A stretch of DNA of 50,402 nt from Candidatus Uhrbacteria bacterium CG10_big_fil_rev_8_21_14_0_10_48_11 (GTDB lineage Bacteria > Patescibacteriota > Patescibacteriia > GWA2-46-9). Both the position numbers and the translations under genes were made by a program. The number at the start of each line of letters is the position of its first letter. Position 1 is the first letter of the stretch. Shown one piece after another: positions 40,757-50,402 of the stretch. The notes below the pieces were generated by a model, which did not search any database, was not told the DNA's origin, and was given only the letters and a program-made list of their open reading frames with translations. The stretch spans positions 9,171 to 59,572 of the forward strand of contig PFET01000008.1 of assembly GCA_002793855.1 (NCBI GenBank). The letters run 5' to 3'.

Positions 40757-41236
40757 ATGAGTAACTGCGTTCTCGGCATCGATCCGGGGTACGGTCGGAT
40801 GGGTTACGGTGTTGTAGAAACAAAAAATGGCATCGCTCACTGCTTGACCTATGGTTGCATAGAGACCCCAGCAACGATGGTGCTTCCCGATCGACTTTAC
40901 GCTATTCATCGGGCCGTGGTTGAACTAGTGCGTGAGTACACGCCGCGACTTGTTGGCGTTGAAACTATTCTGTTTCAAAAAAATGTAAAAACCGCCATTG
41001 CGGTAGCTGAAGCTCGTGGCGTTGTACTGTCCGCCGTTGCTGCGGCTGGTGTAGCGGTTGTCGAGGTGACACCGACAGAGGTTAAGCAAGCGCTAACTGG
41101 TTACGGCAAGGCGGAAAAACAGCAAGTGCAATATATGGTGAAGCAGCTTTTTCGTTTTACCAAAGTGCCAAAGCCAGATGATGCGGCGGATGCTCTTGCG
41201 GTTGCGATTGCCACTGAAGGACAGGGTCGATTTTAA
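40757..41236 (+). CDS. ruvC: Holliday junction resolvase RuvC
   Basis: LGIDPG, EARGV, VKQALTGYGKAEK, DDAADALA. Confidence 0.95.
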   Translation: MSNCVLGIDPGYGRMGYGVVETKNGIAHCLTYGCIETPATMVLPDRLYAIHRAVVELVREYTPRLVGVETILFQKNVKTAIAVAEARGVVLSAVAAAGVAVVEVTPTEVKQALTGYGKAEKQQVQYMVKQLFRFTKVPKPDDAADALAVAIATEGQGRF

Positions 41237-41251
41237 ATTGTGTGCACGGTG

Positions 41252-42577
41252 TTACCGGGTGTAGCTGAGTGGGTTAACGCGAACACCGTTAACAATAACT
41301 TCAAAGTGTAAGTGTGGACCAGTAGAATGACCGGTTGAACCCATAAGGGCGATAGTTTCACCACGGGTAACGCGCTGCCCTGTGACTGTTAGGTTTTTGG
41401 TTGCGTGTGCGTAGCGAGTGACAAGTCCGTTATCGTGACGAATGACGGTCATATTGCCGTAGGCGCCACCCCAACGAGATTCAAGGACTACGCCATCTTC
41501 GCTGGCAAAAATTGGCACACCGATGTGTCCTTTAATATCAATGCCACTATGGCGATAGCTGTAGTATTGATTGATATGGTGGTCGACTGTTGGCCAAAGG
41601 AGCTTCGTTCCCCCGTCACTGGTTGAACGTGTGGGGATGTTGGTATATTGCAACGTAGAGGTTGACGCCGGTGCTCGTCGGTACGTTGGTGTAGCCACCG
41701 GTTTTTTACCTCCAGGTATAATGAGCTCAGTACCGATCGTGACACTGGTCGGATCAGCAATACCGTTAAAGAGTAAAATCGCATCTTCACTAACGCTGTA
41801 TCGTTTTGCAATTGCTCCTATGGTTTCTCTTGATTTTACAGTATGCACGACCCCATCAACCGGGAGAATAGTAAGTTTTTGGCCCGGTCGAATAAGCGAG
41901 CGGTTCGTAAGAGTATTGGCGTCTAGCAGGGTTGTTAGTCGTAGCTGGAATTTGGCGGCGATGCCGGCGGGCGTGTCGCCGTCCGCCACGGTGTATTCTT
42001 GAATTTTGGTGCGTGGTGCAACGCTCGTTTCAGTTAGCGGCAGGTACGGCTGGAAGACAGCATTACCGTCGTAGCTAAGGTACGTTCGTGGTGGGGTTTC
42101 TATAGAAGTATCTTCGGGTGTTGCGGCGCTGGTTACCGCGCTGTCTGGTAATGCCGGCAGCCCGTTAAGTTCTAGTCCTTCATCAACACCGATGACATTA
42201 AATACGAGTTGCCCAATAACGAAATCTTGCGCACCAGCCTTTGGTGTCGTCATATTGGCACCAAGCGTAACTAGCGCTAGCATAATGGTAATGCCGTGTA
42301 GTAGGTAGCGGTGTGAAAATGGTCGGAGCCAACGTGAAGATACACCACCAAAGACTCGTCGCATGCCTCGCCGACCGCGCCGGTACCAGCCATAGAGTGG
42401 GGCAACAACAACGAGAATCGCGTAGAGGCTACCGCGACCCATTTTTTGCAAAAGACGGCCGACGAAACGGCCGTGTCCGCGCTGTACTTGTTGCCGTAAA
42501 TAAACAAAACTCTTGGTTACCAAGAGTAGTGTTTTTACGCCGAGCTTTTTGAGGCCGCGGCTCATAAGTTCTCGCAC
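41252..42577 (-). CDS. LysM-domain M23 peptidase
   Basis: Two LysM repeats; HSGID, YAH, GSTGHSTGPHLHFE. Confidence 0.92.
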   Translation of the reverse strand: MRELMSRGLKKLGVKTLLLVTKSFVYLRQQVQRGHGRFVGRLLQKMGRGSLYAILVVVAPLYGWYRRGRRGMRRVFGGVSSRWLRPFSHRYLLHGITIMLALVTLGANMTTPKAGAQDFVIGQLVFNVIGVDEGLELNGLPALPDSAVTSAATPEDTSIETPPRTYLSYDGNAVFQPYLPLTETSVAPRTKIQEYTVADGDTPAGIAAKFQLRLTTLLDANTLTNRSLIRPGQKLTILPVDGVVHTVKSRETIGAIAKRYSVSEDAILLFNGIADPTSVTIGTELIIPGGKKPVATPTYRRAPASTSTLQYTNIPTRSTSDGGTKLLWPTVDHHINQYYSYRHSGIDIKGHIGVPIFASEDGVVLESRWGGAYGNMTVIRHDNGLVTRYAHATKNLTVTGQRVTRGETIALMGSTGHSTGPHLHFEVIVNGVRVNPLSYTR

Positions 42578-42654
42578 TCTATCACATTCACGGTTTTTGC
42601 GTCAACCATCTGCGACCATTGTGAGCTTCTAATTGAGAGTGCTACACTGCCTTT

Positions 42655-43596
42655 ATGGAGTACTTAATTGGCGCAGCTATTTTACTCGCCGTTGTTGTCG
42701 GTGGTTTTGTTGTGCTCGATCGTCGCTTACGCACGCTTGGCGTGTCACGTGATGACGACAAAGGATTTATGCTGCTTAACCAGAACATGCAGGGCGTGCA
42801 GTCTCGTCTTGACGAAACTACGCGTTCATTAAATACACGGCTTGATCGCGCGGCCGAGGTTATTCAAGGAGTTAATCAGGAGCTTGGTCATATGAAAGAG
42901 ATTGGCCGCTCTATGCGTGACCTGCAAGATTTTTTGAAGTCGCCGAAATTACGCGGTAACATTGGTGAACAGGTTATGCGTGATTTGCTAGAGCAATATT
43001 TTCCTCGCGCGCACTTTGATTTGCAACATACCTTTAGCACTGGGGATCGTGTTGATGCGGTGCTTAAAACCGACAAGGGGCTTATCTCGATTGACTCTAA
43101 GTTTCCCCTTGAAAATTTTCAGCGGATGCATCGCGCCGAATCAGAAGCCGACGCAGCAGTAGCGTTGCGTGATTTTATACGCGATACCAAGAAGCATATC
43201 AGCGACATTAGTAAAAAATACATTCTGCCCGCCGAAGGAACCGCGGACTTTGCCATTATGTACGTGCCGTCGGAATCTATTTATTATGAAATTATTCGTC
43301 AAGACGAAGAGCTTAATGGGTTTGCCAATGAGAAGCGTGTCTTTCTGGTTTCACCAAACAGCTTTTACTATTTCTTAAAAGTGGTGATGATTGGACTGGA
43401 AGGAAAGCGGGTGGAGGAAAATGCGCGACGTATTTTGGAAACGATGCGCGCCATTCAAAAAGATGCGACGAAATTTGGTAGTGAACTTGAGGTAATGTCA
43501 AAACATATCACGAACGCCAAGAATGCGGTTGATCGGGTCAACACCGAGTACGCACGTTTGGCTGGCCGCATTGATGATATTCGATTACTTACCTAG
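42655..43596 (+). CDS. rmuC: RmuC family protein
   Basis: N-terminal TM, RGNIGE, IDSKFP, DFAIMYVPSE. Confidence 0.92.
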   Translation: MEYLIGAAILLAVVVGGFVVLDRRLRTLGVSRDDDKGFMLLNQNMQGVQSRLDETTRSLNTRLDRAAEVIQGVNQELGHMKEIGRSMRDLQDFLKSPKLRGNIGEQVMRDLLEQYFPRAHFDLQHTFSTGDRVDAVLKTDKGLISIDSKFPLENFQRMHRAESEADAAVALRDFIRDTKKHISDISKKYILPAEGTADFAIMYVPSESIYYEIIRQDEELNGFANEKRVFLVSPNSFYYFLKVVMIGLEGKRVEENARRILETMRAIQKDATKFGSELEVMSKHITNAKNAVDRVNTEYARLAGRIDDIRLLT

Positions 43597-43599
43597 CCC

Positions 43600-44535
43600 A
43601 TGTTGACAGCAACGGCAGCAGCGATCGAGCGAACTCTCTCTTACTTCTCACTATTTCAGTATCCGCTCACCGCAAACGAGATTTGGCAACTACTGTGGCC
43701 AGGAAATGGTACGTCGTGCCCTCTTTCGACAGTTGTGTTTGAGCTAGAAGAGAATAACGACTTGCGCAACCTGATCATTAAAGATGGTCCGTTTTTTCAG
43801 CTGGCGTCCTCCGAACCTTTGCGTTCAATCCGAGAGCAACGTTACCGCATCGCAACAACGAAAATGCGTCGGGCAAAACGTTTGGCGTCGGCACTTACTT
43901 GGCTGCCGTGGGTAGAGGGGGTGGCGGTCTGCAATTCACTTGGTTACCAAAATACACGAGCCAAGAGCGACATCGATTTTTTTATCATTACCAAACCCGG
44001 CACTATTTGGCTTACCCGTTTTGTGACGGTTGGTGCGCTCACCGCTGTTCGTCAGCGACCACATGGAGAGCATACTCCGAATGCCCTTTGTTTAAGTTTT
44101 TTCGTGACGGGAAACTCGCTCAACCTTGCACCGTTGGCGCTTCCAGGAGGAGATCCACACTTCGCTTACTGGATAGCACAGATGACCCCACTTTTTGGAA
44201 GGGGTGCCATTTGGAAACAGTTTTGGGATGCCAACCGATGGGTGCAAGTACTTTTGCCTAACAGTAGCGGCTACGGTGACTACCCGCATTCATTTTATCG
44301 ACAGGGAAAAAGAACCAAGCCGGCGGGCAGTGTTACTCGTTGGCTTGATCGATTAGCGGAGCTGTTTCAGCGGCGTCGTTTTCCTGCGCCTATACGGGAA
44401 GGTCTTGCGCGAAAAGATAGTAACGTTGTTGCTAGTAAAGAGGTGCTAAAATTTCATACTAACGATCGTCGCGCAGCCTATCGCAGCGCATGGAAAGAGC
44501 ATACTAATACCTTTATAAATCATCATGTGGCGTAA
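43600..44535 (+). CDS. Conserved hypothetical nucleotidyltransferase-fold protein
   Basis: FQYPLT, CNSLG...SDIDFFII (DxD), CLSFF. Confidence 0.7.
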   Translation: MLTATAAAIERTLSYFSLFQYPLTANEIWQLLWPGNGTSCPLSTVVFELEENNDLRNLIIKDGPFFQLASSEPLRSIREQRYRIATTKMRRAKRLASALTWLPWVEGVAVCNSLGYQNTRAKSDIDFFIITKPGTIWLTRFVTVGALTAVRQRPHGEHTPNALCLSFFVTGNSLNLAPLALPGGDPHFAYWIAQMTPLFGRGAIWKQFWDANRWVQVLLPNSSGYGDYPHSFYRQGKRTKPAGSVTRWLDRLAELFQRRRFPAPIREGLARKDSNVVASKEVLKFHTNDRRAAYRSAWKEHTNTFINHHVA

Positions 44536-45886
44536 ACGTTTTTTTGCACTCATCATTTTTCTTTTACCGTGGCAGGCACATTATGTATTGCTGTCCTCAA
44601 CGTTGGCAGACACAGTGTCGTCCTATACTGCTATTAACCTCTATGCGATCGATGTCTTACTGTTGATTGCTATCCTATGGTCATGGCGATCGGTGCTTTT
44701 TTGGTTTCAGTCGTGCGCACGCAGTCGGACGACATGGCGCAGTAAAGTTTTTGTGGCTGTTGTCGGGTGTGCGGTTGCGATAAATCTTATGGGTTCCCCC
44801 GTTTTGGCGTTGGCTGTCGTGCAGGCAGTGACCCTACTCCTTTTTATGTTTTTTGGTATTGCTCTTATTCAAGAGAATGACTGGCGTCGCGTTCGTTTCG
44901 CTTTTATTGTTTCTGCCGCTGTGCAGTCATTACTAGCACTAACTCAATTTTTTACCCAGAGCATCGTTGGTAGTACTTTTTTTGGTATGGCACAACAGAT
45001 GGCGAGTCATGGTGGTACTTCGGTTATCGAAACAGCGAGCGAACGGTTGCTTCGTGCCTATGGCAGTTTCCCGCATCCAAATATTCTTGGTGGCTTTTTG
45101 GCACTTGCTCTTGTGGCAACCATTGATTGGTATTTTGTTGCTTATGAGAATTTTCAAGCGTGGTGGAATAAGCACGGCGTTGGTAACCGCGCACTCTATC
45201 GAGAACCGGAAGTACGAAATATGGCAGCCACCGTGTCACTTTTACTGGGGATGGTAGTCATTATTTTTTCCGGTCTTTACGTTACCTTTTCTCGGGGTGC
45301 GGCACTTGCGGCTGGTATTGGTGTATTGGTCTATTTTTTGCACAAAGCGTGGCACAATCGGGTGCGTGCTTCTGCTCTTGCCTTTAAGCTTGGCTTAGCA
45401 TTGATGCTTACTATGCTTACGTGGGCGTTTATTGTGCCAGGGTTATGGACGGCGAGGGTTACTTCGTCGACTCGTCTTGATACGCTTTCGAATACTTCTC
45501 GTTTGGCAGAGTTTGCCGAAGGTGAGGCACTCTTTTTACAGCATCCGGTGTTTGGCGTCGGTATCGCTAATTACATTCCGGCGTTGCTACTATCAAAGCC
45601 AAATGAACCATCGTATACCTACCAACCAGCACATAACGTACTACTCATTGTCGGTGTTGAGCTGGGTCTTGTCGGTATCGTACTGCTGGCGGGTGGTGTC
45701 TTTGTTAATCTGCGAAAGATTCGTCAGTGGTTAGAACGGGGGGCTGTGGTTTTTGTTGGAGCGTTAAGTATTTTTCTTGTTCTTGCGTCACTCGACCATT
45801 ATCTTTGGACTCTTCACTCTGGGTTGGTTTTTTGGTTGATTGCCGTAGTCCTCTATTACCCGCTTCCCAGCCGAAGGCACTCTTGA
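44525..45886 (+). CDS. O-antigen ligase/Wzy_C family membrane protein
   Basis: RAYGSFPHPNILGG, TFSRG, GVGIANY, PAHN, DHY. Confidence 0.88.
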   Translation: MWRKRFFALIIFLLPWQAHYVLLSSTLADTVSSYTAINLYAIDVLLLIAILWSWRSVLFWFQSCARSRTTWRSKVFVAVVGCAVAINLMGSPVLALAVVQAVTLLLFMFFGIALIQENDWRRVRFAFIVSAAVQSLLALTQFFTQSIVGSTFFGMAQQMASHGGTSVIETASERLLRAYGSFPHPNILGGFLALALVATIDWYFVAYENFQAWWNKHGVGNRALYREPEVRNMAATVSLLLGMVVIIFSGLYVTFSRGAALAAGIGVLVYFLHKAWHNRVRASALAFKLGLALMLTMLTWAFIVPGLWTARVTSSTRLDTLSNTSRLAEFAEGEALFLQHPVFGVGIANYIPALLLSKPNEPSYTYQPAHNVLLIVGVELGLVGIVLLAGGVFVNLRKIRQWLERGAVVFVGALSIFLVLASLDHYLWTLHSGLVFWLIAVVLYYPLPSRRHS

Positions 45887-45917
45887 CAAGTTGGCACTCT
45901 CTCTAGTAGACTGCTAC
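45883..45917 (+). promoter_or_regulatory. groESL promoter with CIRCE (HrcA operator)
   Basis: TTGACA 45883-45888; TTGGCACTC-N9-GACTGCTAC 45891-45917 versus consensus TTAGCACTC-N9-GAGTGCTAA. Confidence 0.8.
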
Positions 45918-45992
45918 TTACTCCGCCTCCGCGGAGGCCTTGCTCTTTAGCAGGGTCTTTCTTATCTTATTATTCATTAAAATAAGAGCGTT

Positions 45993-46283
45993 ATGAAATT
46001 GAAACCATTAGGGGATCACGTTATTGTGCAGCCAGCAAAAGAAGAAGAAGTTACAAAGTCGGGTATCATCATTCCGGATACGGCCAAAGACGAGAAGCCA
46101 GAGCAGGGCAAGGTCGTTGCGGTTGGTCCGGGGAAGTTAAATGATGACGGTGAGCGGATAGCAATGTCAGTGAAGGTCGGGGATACCGTTGTCTTTAAGA
46201 AGTACAGTCCGGACGAGGTTACGGTTGGCGATGAAGAGTATCTGGTAGTGATCGAGTCGGACATCATTGCCATTGTTGAATAA
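45993..46283 (+). CDS. groES: Co-chaperonin GroES
   Basis: LKPLGDHV, TKSGIIIPDTA, VAVGPG. Confidence 0.97.
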   Translation: MKLKPLGDHVIVQPAKEEEVTKSGIIIPDTAKDEKPEQGKVVAVGPGKLNDDGERIAMSVKVGDTVVFKKYSPDEVTVGDEEYLVVIESDIIAIVE

Positions 46284-46301
46284 TTTTTACCTACACATAT
46301 T

Positions 46302-47957
46302 ATGGCAAAAACAATTGAGTTTAAAGAAGAAGCTCGCGCAGGTATTAAGCGCGGCATCGACAAGGTTGCAAACGCTGTTAAAGTGACCCTTGGACCCGCT
46401 GGCCGACACGTTGTATTAGACAGGGGGTTTGGTTCGCCGACGGTGACGAACGACGGGGTAACAATTGCAAAAGAAATCGAATTGGAAGATAAGATTGAAA
46501 ACGTTGGCGCTTCGTTGGTGCAGGAGGTGGCTAGCAAAACGAATGACATTGCCGGAGATGGTACAACGACCGCAACGGTACTTGTTCAAGCAATGGTGGC
46601 AGAAGGTTTTAAGCAGATTGCCGCTGGTGGTAACCCAGTAGTGTTGCAGCAGTTAATTCACAAACGAGTTGGGGAGATTGTTGGTGAACTTAAAGCAATG
46701 GCAAAACCGGTTACGACAGATGCGGAGATTGCACAAGTGGCTACCATTTCTTCCGGAGATGCCGAGGTTGGTAAGCTCATCGCAGAAGCAATGAAAGAGG
46801 TTGGCAAAGACGGCGTCATCACCGTTGAAGAGTCGCAGACTTTTGGTCTTGAGAAAGAAGTGGTAAAGGGAATGCGGTTTGACCGGGGTTACGTTTCGCC
46901 TTACCTCATTACAAACGCAGAGCGCATGGTGGCCGAGTACAGCGACGCCTACCTGTTGCTTACCGACAAAAAGATTTCTGCGTTGAGTGAAATTTTGCCG
47001 ATTCTAGAAAAGCTGGCGCAGGTAGGGAAAAAAGAGTTGGTCATTATTGCCGAAGATGTTGACGGTGAGGCATTGGCGACGCTTATTGTGAATAAGTTGC
47101 GCGGTACGTTTAGCGCGCTCGCCATTAAGGCGCCCGGTTATGGTGATCGCCGCAAAGAGATGCTGGAAGACATTGCCGTGTTGACGGGCGGTCGGGTTAT
47201 TTCGGAAGATACCGGACTTAAGCTTGAGCATACAACCGTTGAAGATCTTGGACAGGCGCGCCGCGTGGTATCTCGTAAAGAAGAAACAGACATTGTTGAA
47301 GGAAAAGGGGACGAGGCGGCCATTAAAGATCGTGTAGCGCAGTTGCGCCGAGAGCTTGAAGCGTCTGACAGCGAGTTCGATCGCGAAAAGTTGCAGGAGC
47401 GTGTTGCGAAGCTCTCTGGTGGAGTAGGAGTGATTAAAGTTGGTGCCGCTACCGAGACAGAGATGAAAGACAAGAAGTTTAAAATTGAAGACGCCCTTCA
47501 CGCTACGAAAGCTGCGGTTGAAGAAGGCATTGTTCCAGGTGGTGGCATTGCGCTTGCTATGCTGTCCAGTCAATTTAAGGCAATGATGGCGTCAGGAAAA
47601 ACCGAACCGTTTTCTTATCCTGAAACCATTGTAGACAAAGCGCTTACGGTACCGCTTAGATTGATTATTGAGAATGCCGGTGCCGACGGCTCTGTCATCT
47701 TCTATACTATAGTAGAGAAGCAGAAAGCAGGAGCTGGCAAAAAGGTAGGCTATAATCCAATAACGGGTGAGTACGTTGATATGATTGAAGAGGGTATTAT
47801 CGACCCAGTAAAGGTGACCCGTACGGCGTTAGAGAATGCTGCCTCTATTGCGGCGACCTTACTAACAACAGAAGTGGTCATTACCGATAAGCCAGAAAAG
47901 AACGAGAAGAGCCCCGCGATGCCTTCTGGTATGGGTGGCGACATGGGAATGTATTAA
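46302..47957 (+). CDS. groEL: Chaperonin GroEL
   Basis: [25 protein letters not shown]-type tail. Confidence 0.98.
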   Translation: MAKTIEFKEEARAGIKRGIDKVANAVKVTLGPAGRHVVLDRGFGSPTVTNDGVTIAKEIELEDKIENVGASLVQEVASKTNDIAGDGTTTATVLVQAMVAEGFKQIAAGGNPVVLQQLIHKRVGEIVGELKAMAKPVTTDAEIAQVATISSGDAEVGKLIAEAMKEVGKDGVITVEESQTFGLEKEVVKGMRFDRGYVSPYLITNAERMVAEYSDAYLLLTDKKISALSEILPILEKLAQVGKKELVIIAEDVDGEALATLIVNKLRGTFSALAIKAPGYGDRRKEMLEDIAVLTGGRVISEDTGLKLEHTTVEDLGQARRVVSRKEETDIVEGKGDEAAIKDRVAQLRRELEASDSEFDREKLQERVAKLSGGVGVIKVGAATETEMKDKKFKIEDALHATKAAVEEGIVPGGGIALAMLSSQFKAMMASGKTEPFSYPETIVDKALTVPLRLIIENAGADGSVIFYTIVEKQKAGAGKKVGYNPITGEYVDMIEEGIIDPVKVTRTALENAASIAATLLTTEVVITDKPEKNEKSPAMPSGMGGDMGMY

Positions 47958-47975
47958 GGCGGAGAAGTGGGTGAT

Positions 47976-48010
47976 AAAAAACGGACGACGTAAAGTCGTC
48001 CGTTTTTTTT
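47976..48010 (+). terminator. Intrinsic terminator
   Basis: AAAAAACGGACGAC-gtaaa-GTCGTCCGTTTTTTTT. Confidence 0.88.
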
Positions 48011-48032
48011 GGCTTGTGCTATACTTTTTCAT

Positions 48033-48467
48033 ATGGCGGAAACGTTTGCAAACTATAAAAAACTACTGACCGGCTTTGCTCGTGTGCTCACTTCAGCAAG
48101 TGGCATCATTGCGGTTGCCGTGCTACTGCTTGCCGCCAACGAACTCTTTGTCCGTCAGTGGTTGAATGTTCCGCCGATTGCTTACGCCGTGTACTGGATT
48201 GCCCTTGCCGGAATGTTTATTGTTCTTGCTCGCTACGCTTGGGCGCGCATCAATCCGAACAGCACGCAACTTTTAGTGCAAGCATTTTTGGTTGGACTCG
48301 GTGTCGGTTTGTTTGCTGCACTAGTAAAGGTTGTCCTTTATCGAGAACTCTGGACGGCGTTTAATTTATTCGCTGAGCCGTTGCGCACCGCACTCTTTGG
48401 AATCGTCCTCGTCTGGTTTATGGCGCACATCGACGAGCGACATCATTCTTCACTTACCACTCATTAA
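48033..48467 (+). CDS. Hypothetical membrane protein (about 4 TM)
   Basis: Hydrophobic helices; TGcTATACT just upstream. Confidence 0.65.
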   Translation: MAETFANYKKLLTGFARVLTSASGIIAVAVLLLAANELFVRQWLNVPPIAYAVYWIALAGMFIVLARYAWARINPNSTQLLVQAFLVGLGVGLFAALVKVVLYRELWTAFNLFAEPLRTALFGIVLVWFMAHIDERHHSSLTTH

Positions 48468-48475
48468 AAAAGTGT

Positions 48476-48835
48476 ATGCCACGAACACAAAAGAAAAAGC
48501 AATCTGCGGTTTCGTCCCCAGTAGTCTCACGACCAGATGAGCGTGACTGGATGTTAGCTGCTGTTTCTTACCTTTGGATTTTTTGTGTCATTCCGTTGGT
48601 GTTGCGTAAAGGAAGTCCGTTTGTTCAGTTCCATGCCAAACAAGGAGCGGTTCTGGCTATCACTTGGTTTCTCCTCTGGGTGGTTGGCATCATTCCGATT
48701 TTAGGATGGCTCGTTTTTTTCTTTGGTAGCATTCTTCTGGTTGCAGTGAACTTGCTTGCTATTGTTCGCGCTTGGCATGGAGACCAGTGGAAAATCCCTT
48801 ATCTTTACGATTACGTTGCCTACCTTGATCTCTAG
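48476..48835 (+). CDS. DUF4870-like membrane protein
   Basis: AAVSYL, FVQFHAKQG, IIPILG, AWHGDQWKIP. Confidence 0.8.
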   Translation: MPRTQKKKQSAVSSPVVSRPDERDWMLAAVSYLWIFCVIPLVLRKGSPFVQFHAKQGAVLAITWFLLWVVGIIPILGWLVFFFGSILLVAVNLLAIVRAWHGDQWKIPYLYDYVAYLDL

Positions 48836-48932
48836 TTTTTGATTTTGTTTCTACCGCTTCTTTCTGTTATAATCAAACCATCATTTCTAATCGCGGTGTT
48901 TAAAAAATACTGCCAGTGAGGGATTGACTATA

Positions 48933-50402
48933 GTGCGCAAAAATAGAAAAAAATTTATTCGTCGTTTACGAGAACGTTGTACCACCGCAGCGGTCATTTT
49001 TACGTTGCTGGCGCACATGTTTGGGGGCATAATTCCGCAAGCTCTTGCTGCGGCTGGTGTGCCGCTTGTTCTCAGTCATCAAGGACGATTGCTAGATGCT
49101 AGTGGTAATTTGCTTGGCAGCTCGTCAGGAACAAATTACTGTTTCCGTTTCTCTTTTTATAGCGACAATACGGTTGGTTCACCAGACACAAAGCTCTGGC
49201 CAAGTGGAACGCCGTCAACCATGACCATTCCAGTGGTCAATGGCGTCTTTAATGTTGGCATAGGGGATACGACGGCAGGTGGAGATACGCTTGATTACGA
49301 TTTTCAAACAAGTAATGATATCTATTTCAATGTAGAGGTTGCTGATCAGGTGGGCGGATCTTGTGCGGGGGTGACTTTCGAAACGTTAAGTCCCCGTCAG
49401 CGTATTGTTGCCTCTGGTTACACCATTAACGCAAAGACCGTTGGCGGTTTTACACCAGCAGAATCGGCAAGTGGAAATCAGATTCCGGTACTGACTTCGG
49501 GCAACTTGGCGTTAGGCGGAACGAATCCAGAAATTAATGTGACTGGCTCTAACACACTTACCTTGCAGGGAGGTGCTGGTACGGGTGCCATTCAATTTTT
49601 TTCTGCCTCGAACAACATTAGCTCAAGCGGCGCGCTTACCATAGCCGGCGCATTCGATACGGCTTCGACCATCCAAGCAGGTTCATCGAACATTACGATT
49701 ACGACCGCCGCTGGTTATCTTGATGCTGGTGCAATACAGTTGACGGATGCTGGTGCCGGTGGAACATCTTCTACTTCTGGTCTTGAGGTGGTTTCAAATA
49801 ACTTAGGATTACTGCAGGGGTGTGCGGATAGTGAAGTGCTTAAGTGGACGGAAGCAACTGGCGTGTGGGGTTGTGCCGCCGATGTCACCGGTGCCGCCGC
49901 TTCACTACAGGGTTCCTATGATGGTGGTTCAAGTATTACTACTTTAGACGCCAATGATCTTGCGGTAACACTTTCTGATACTGCCACCGATTCGAATTTT
50001 GCAATTGGTATTGCAACCGGTGCAACTGGTATCGTTTTCATTACCCGCGCTGATGGCGCCGGCACTGCTGATCCGGCTGAACTGTTCCTCCTTCACAACG
50101 CCGACACTGATCGCGCCCAACCTGTCGCTCTTAAGGTAACCTCTGCCGCCGGCGGTATTACTACGGCGCTTGATTTGTCTGATGCCAACATTGGAACGGC
50201 GATTTCGTTTGGCTCAAACGACATCACCACGACGAGCGGTACGATCACCGCAGCAGAACTAGATAGGTTGACTGGAAAGAATGCGGCGCTGGTTGACACC
50301 AACGATGCCGTGGCTACCGCCATCACCGGCACCGGGGCGCTCGCCGCCGGCTCCATCGCTTCCGGCTTTGGCACCATCGCTACCGGCAACGCCATCTCCG
50401 GC
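48933..50402 (+). CDS. Large secreted surface/fibre-like protein, 5' part (runs off the window)
   Basis: Absent from the ORF track (no stop); signal peptide then VPLVLSHQGRLLDASG..FRFSFY..LWP..NGVFNVGIG, G/S/T/A-rich, same frame at window end (GALAAGSIASGFG). Confidence 0.8.
   Translation, partial: MRKNRKKFIRRLRERCTTAAVIFTLLAHMFGGIIPQALAAAGVPLVLSHQGRLLDASGNLLGSSSGTNYCFRFSFYSDNTVGSPDTKLWPSGTPSTMTIPVVNGVFNVGIGDTTAGGDTLDYDFQTSNDIYFNVEVADQVGGSCAGVTFETLSPRQRIVASGYTINAKTVGGFTPAESASGNQIPVLTSGNLALGGTNPEINVTGSNTLTLQGGAGTGAIQFFSASNNISSSGALTIAGAFDTASTIQAGSSNITITTAAGYLDAGAIQLTDAGAGGTSSTSGLEVVSNNLGLLQGCADSEVLKWTEATGVWGCAADVTGAAASLQGSYDGGSSITTLDANDLAVTLSDTATDSNFAIGIATGATGIVFITRADGAGTADPAELFLLHNADTDRAQPVALKVTSAAGGITTALDLSDANIGTAISFGSNDITTTSGTITAAELDRLTGKNAALVDTNDAVATAITGTGALAAGSIASGFGTIATGNAISG

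Noticed and set aside
42620-42650. CIRCE-like half site before rmuC
   Set aside because: Only GAGTGCTAC is present with no left arm; better explained as an extended -10
50093-50395. 100-aa minus-strand ORF
   Set aside because: Antisense to the long plus-strand surface protein frame

Overview
Chromosomal window from a Patescibacteria (CPR, Parcubacteria-like) bacterium using the standard genetic code; the taxonomy is inferred from gene content. The backbone is housekeeping (trxA, rnhB, nusA, hppA, galU, gyrA, rpmF, nusB, rnc, pilT, ruvB/ruvC, nfo, tig, yebC, rmuC, CIRCE-groES-groEL, three tRNAs) plus a surface locus with seven tandem VirB2/TrbC-like pilins. The main feature is a complete diversity-generating retroelement (DGR) on a ~4.5 kb islet bounded by 20-bp copies of the tRNA-Lys 3' end. 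It has a target gene (26528-27436, VR 27314-27433), a TR (27868-27987; 18 of 20 TR/VR mismatches at TR adenines), an avd on the opposite strand overlapping the RT start head-to-head, and an RT with an in-frame (CT)16 tract (candidate phase-variation switch) and a non-canonical YADN active site. Structured elements flank both VR and TR. Other accessory regions are an AT-rich ArsR/thioredoxin-like/CDF cassette with decayed neighbours (1-3.4 kb) and a GC-rich block of decaying genes (30-34 kb). All calls come from manual motif recognition and alignment; no database searches were run.
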